DNA of 55,163 nucleotides from Dehalococcoidia bacterium (lineage in GTDB: Bacteria > Chloroflexota > Dehalococcoidia > Tepidiformales > Tepidiformaceae), in NCBI GenBank assembly GCA_020432105.1, contig JAGQGZ010000001.1, positions 1 through 55,163 of the forward strand, given 5' to 3'. The position numbers were made by a program, and so were the translations under genes. This document shows positions 53,840 to 55,163 of this stretch, one piece after another. Below the pieces are notes generated by a model. The model had not been told where the DNA came from. It saw nothing but the letters and a program-made list of their open reading frames with translations, and searched no databases. Numbering within the stretch: position 1 is the stretch's first letter; each line of letters begins with the position of its first letter.

Positions 53840-54544
53840 ATGCCCGTCCCGATCGACCCGATCCTGGAGAGACTGGAAACCCGTGAGGACCCCACCGTTG
53901 AGCGCGTCGATGTCGGTCCGCGCCTGAAGAGCCGCGTCGCGGTGTTGCCGGCATCCTTTAACCCGCCGACCCTTGCCCATGTCGAGCTGCTGGAGCGAGC
54001 GAAGGATGTTCCGGGCATTGCGACGAGCGCCGCGCTTCTCACCACGCGAAACGTCGACAAGGGACTCTTCGGTGCCAGTCACGGTCACAGGGTGGGGATG
54101 CTCCTGGGCCTCGAGCTACCGGCGACCGGTGTGCTGGTTTCCAACGCCGCGCGAATCGCCGAGCAGGCAGCTGCCCTGCGCGACATGTTCCCGGGACAGG
54201 ACTTTGACTTCGTCGTCGGGTATGACACGCTCGTCCGGCTGTTTGACAGGCGCTACTACGATGGCGAGATGCACGAAGTGCTGGCCACCTACTTCCGGCA
54301 CCATCGTGTGATTGCCGCAACAAGAGGGGAGTTCGACGTCCCGGCGATTGAGCGCTACGTCGAATCTACGGCCGATGCCCGGAACTACGGCGACCGGATC
54401 GTCCCGCTGAACCTGGAGTCAGAGCTGATGCACGTGTCCTCCACGGCTGTTCGTGAACGCATCGGTGAAGGGGTTTCCGTTGATGTGCCGCCCCGCGTGC
54501 ACCAGTACATCCGGGAACACAAGCTCTACGAACCTGCGCCTTAG
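53840..54544 (+). CDS. cytidylyltransferase-fold nucleotidyltransferase, NaMN/NMN adenylyltransferase (NadD)-like
   Basis: VAVLPASFNPPTLAHVELL occupies the (H/T)xGH position as T-L-A-H. The C-terminal HVSSTAVRERI corresponds to the ISSTxIR motif. Confidence 0.65.
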   Translation: MPVPIDPILERLETREDPTVERVDVGPRLKSRVAVLPASFNPPTLAHVELLERAKDVPGIATSAALLTTRNVDKGLFGASHGHRVGMLLGLELPATGVLVSNAARIAEQAAALRDMFPGQDFDFVVGYDTLVRLFDRRYYDGEMHEVLATYFRHHRVIAATRGEFDVPAIERYVESTADARNYGDRIVPLNLESELMHVSSTAVRERIGEGVSVDVPPRVHQYIREHKLYEPAP

Positions 54545-55163
54545 AGCAGCGAAGCGATGTCGGGGCCACCCTCGGTCACCAGGACGCCACGCTCCCGGAG
54601 ACCATCGATAGCTTCGTCATCCAGGCCAAGGAGTTCTCGCAGGACGTCCGGGCCATCCACTCCGAAATCCGGGGGCGGACCGGAGATGCCCGTCTCGCTT
54701 CGCGACATGCGAACCGGGGTGTTGGCGATGGGAAGCCTGCCGGCCTCGGAATGCTCCACCTCGACGATCATCTTCCGGTGGGCAACCTGGGGGTCGGCCA
54801 TCACCTCGCCTACGGTGTTGAGCGGGCCGCAGGGGATGCCGACGGCCATGAGTTCGTCCATCCACGCCGCTGTCGTTCGCTTGCTGAAACCATCGTTGAG
54901 CATCGGTTCCAGGGCCGCGTGGTTGGCGGTACGGCGGGGACCGGTGTTGAATCGCTCGTCGTCGAGCAGTTCGGACTTGCCCAGCAGTCCGCAGAGAAGC
55001 TGCCACTGGTTCTCCCCGCCAAAGGCAAGCGCGACGACGATGTAGCCGTCGGCCGTGGGAAACGCCTGGAAGGGTGTCGCACTGGGATGACGGGTGCCGA
55101 GCGGCTCGGGATCCTTCCCGGTGATAGCACGCCGGACGATCGCGTTTTCCAGCACGCTGACCT
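54541..55163 (-). CDS. family III CoA-transferase (CaiB/BaiF), C-terminal part only (5' end beyond the window edge)
   Basis: The frame is open to the window end. It has HPSATPFQAFPTADGYIVVA...DERF...RTANHAAL...GIPCGP. It overlaps the convergent 53840..54544 stop by 4 nt. Confidence 0.85.
   Translation of the reverse strand, partial: VSVLENAIVRRAITGKDPEPLGTRHPSATPFQAFPTADGYIVVALAFGGENQWQLLCGLLGKSELLDDERFNTGPRRTANHAALEPMLNDGFSKRTTAAWMDELMAVGIPCGPLNTVGEVMADPQVAHRKMIVEVEHSEAGRLPIANTPVRMSRSETGISGPPPDFGVDGPDVLRELLGLDDEAIDGLRERGVLVTEGGPDIASLL

Noticed and set aside
1-55163. Genomic island, prophage or mobile element, and classical defence systems (RM, TA, CBASS, CRISPR-Cas).
   Set aside because: No integrase, transposase, recombinase, phage structural gene, flanking tRNA or direct repeats were seen. 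No nuclease, ATPase or methylase gene typical of defence systems was seen either. The excisionase-type HTH at 29856-30284 has no mobile-element partners.

Overview
GC-rich (by eye about 60-65% GC) bacterial chromosomal segment with about 50 protein genes on both strands. It has strong GGAGG-type Shine-Dalgarno sites and many tightly abutting or overlapping gene junctions (ATGA overlaps, 1-4 nt gaps). The content mixes housekeeping genes (polA, nadA, rnc, smc, sucD, valS) with a dense set of acyl-CoA and organic-acid metabolism genes. These are five family-III (CaiB/BaiF) CoA-transferases, including a conserved two-gene module present twice, one family-I CoA-transferase, two paralogous acyl-CoA dehydrogenases and a double-hotdog MaoC-like protein. 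There is also a three-subunit molybdenum hydroxylase (FAD / 2Fe-2S / Mo), a nitronate-monooxygenase-like flavoenzyme, an MFS transporter and an aminotransferase. The 5' end (1-5.7 kb) holds accessory-looking secreted and lipoprotein genes, two of which have reading-frame anomalies. I recognised no rRNA, tRNA, CRISPR array, integrase, transposase or prophage signature. The observations most worth follow-up are listed here. (1) An adjacent pair of ferritin-fold diiron proteins, one with an intact 2x(E...DESRH) site and one degenerate paralogue, with no visible redox partners. (2) A perfect Cheo-type LexA box (GAAC-N4-GTTC) between the -35 and -10 of a short orphan ImuB-like Y-family polymerase gene, divergent from a rifampin-phosphotransferase-like PEP-utilising enzyme. 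(3) A small C4HC3 zinc-finger + excisionase-type HTH protein translationally coupled to a basic 2-TM protein. (4) Two tandem 25-bp palindromic operators upstream of nadA. (5) A secreted protein with two tandem cupredoxin-like domains in which all copper-ligand positions appear substituted. The lineage cannot be proven from this window. The SD usage, Pro/Thr-linker secreted proteins and Gram-positive-type SOS box would fit Chloroflexota (Thermomicrobia-like) or another GC-rich lineage. All family calls were made by eye from motifs; no database search was run.
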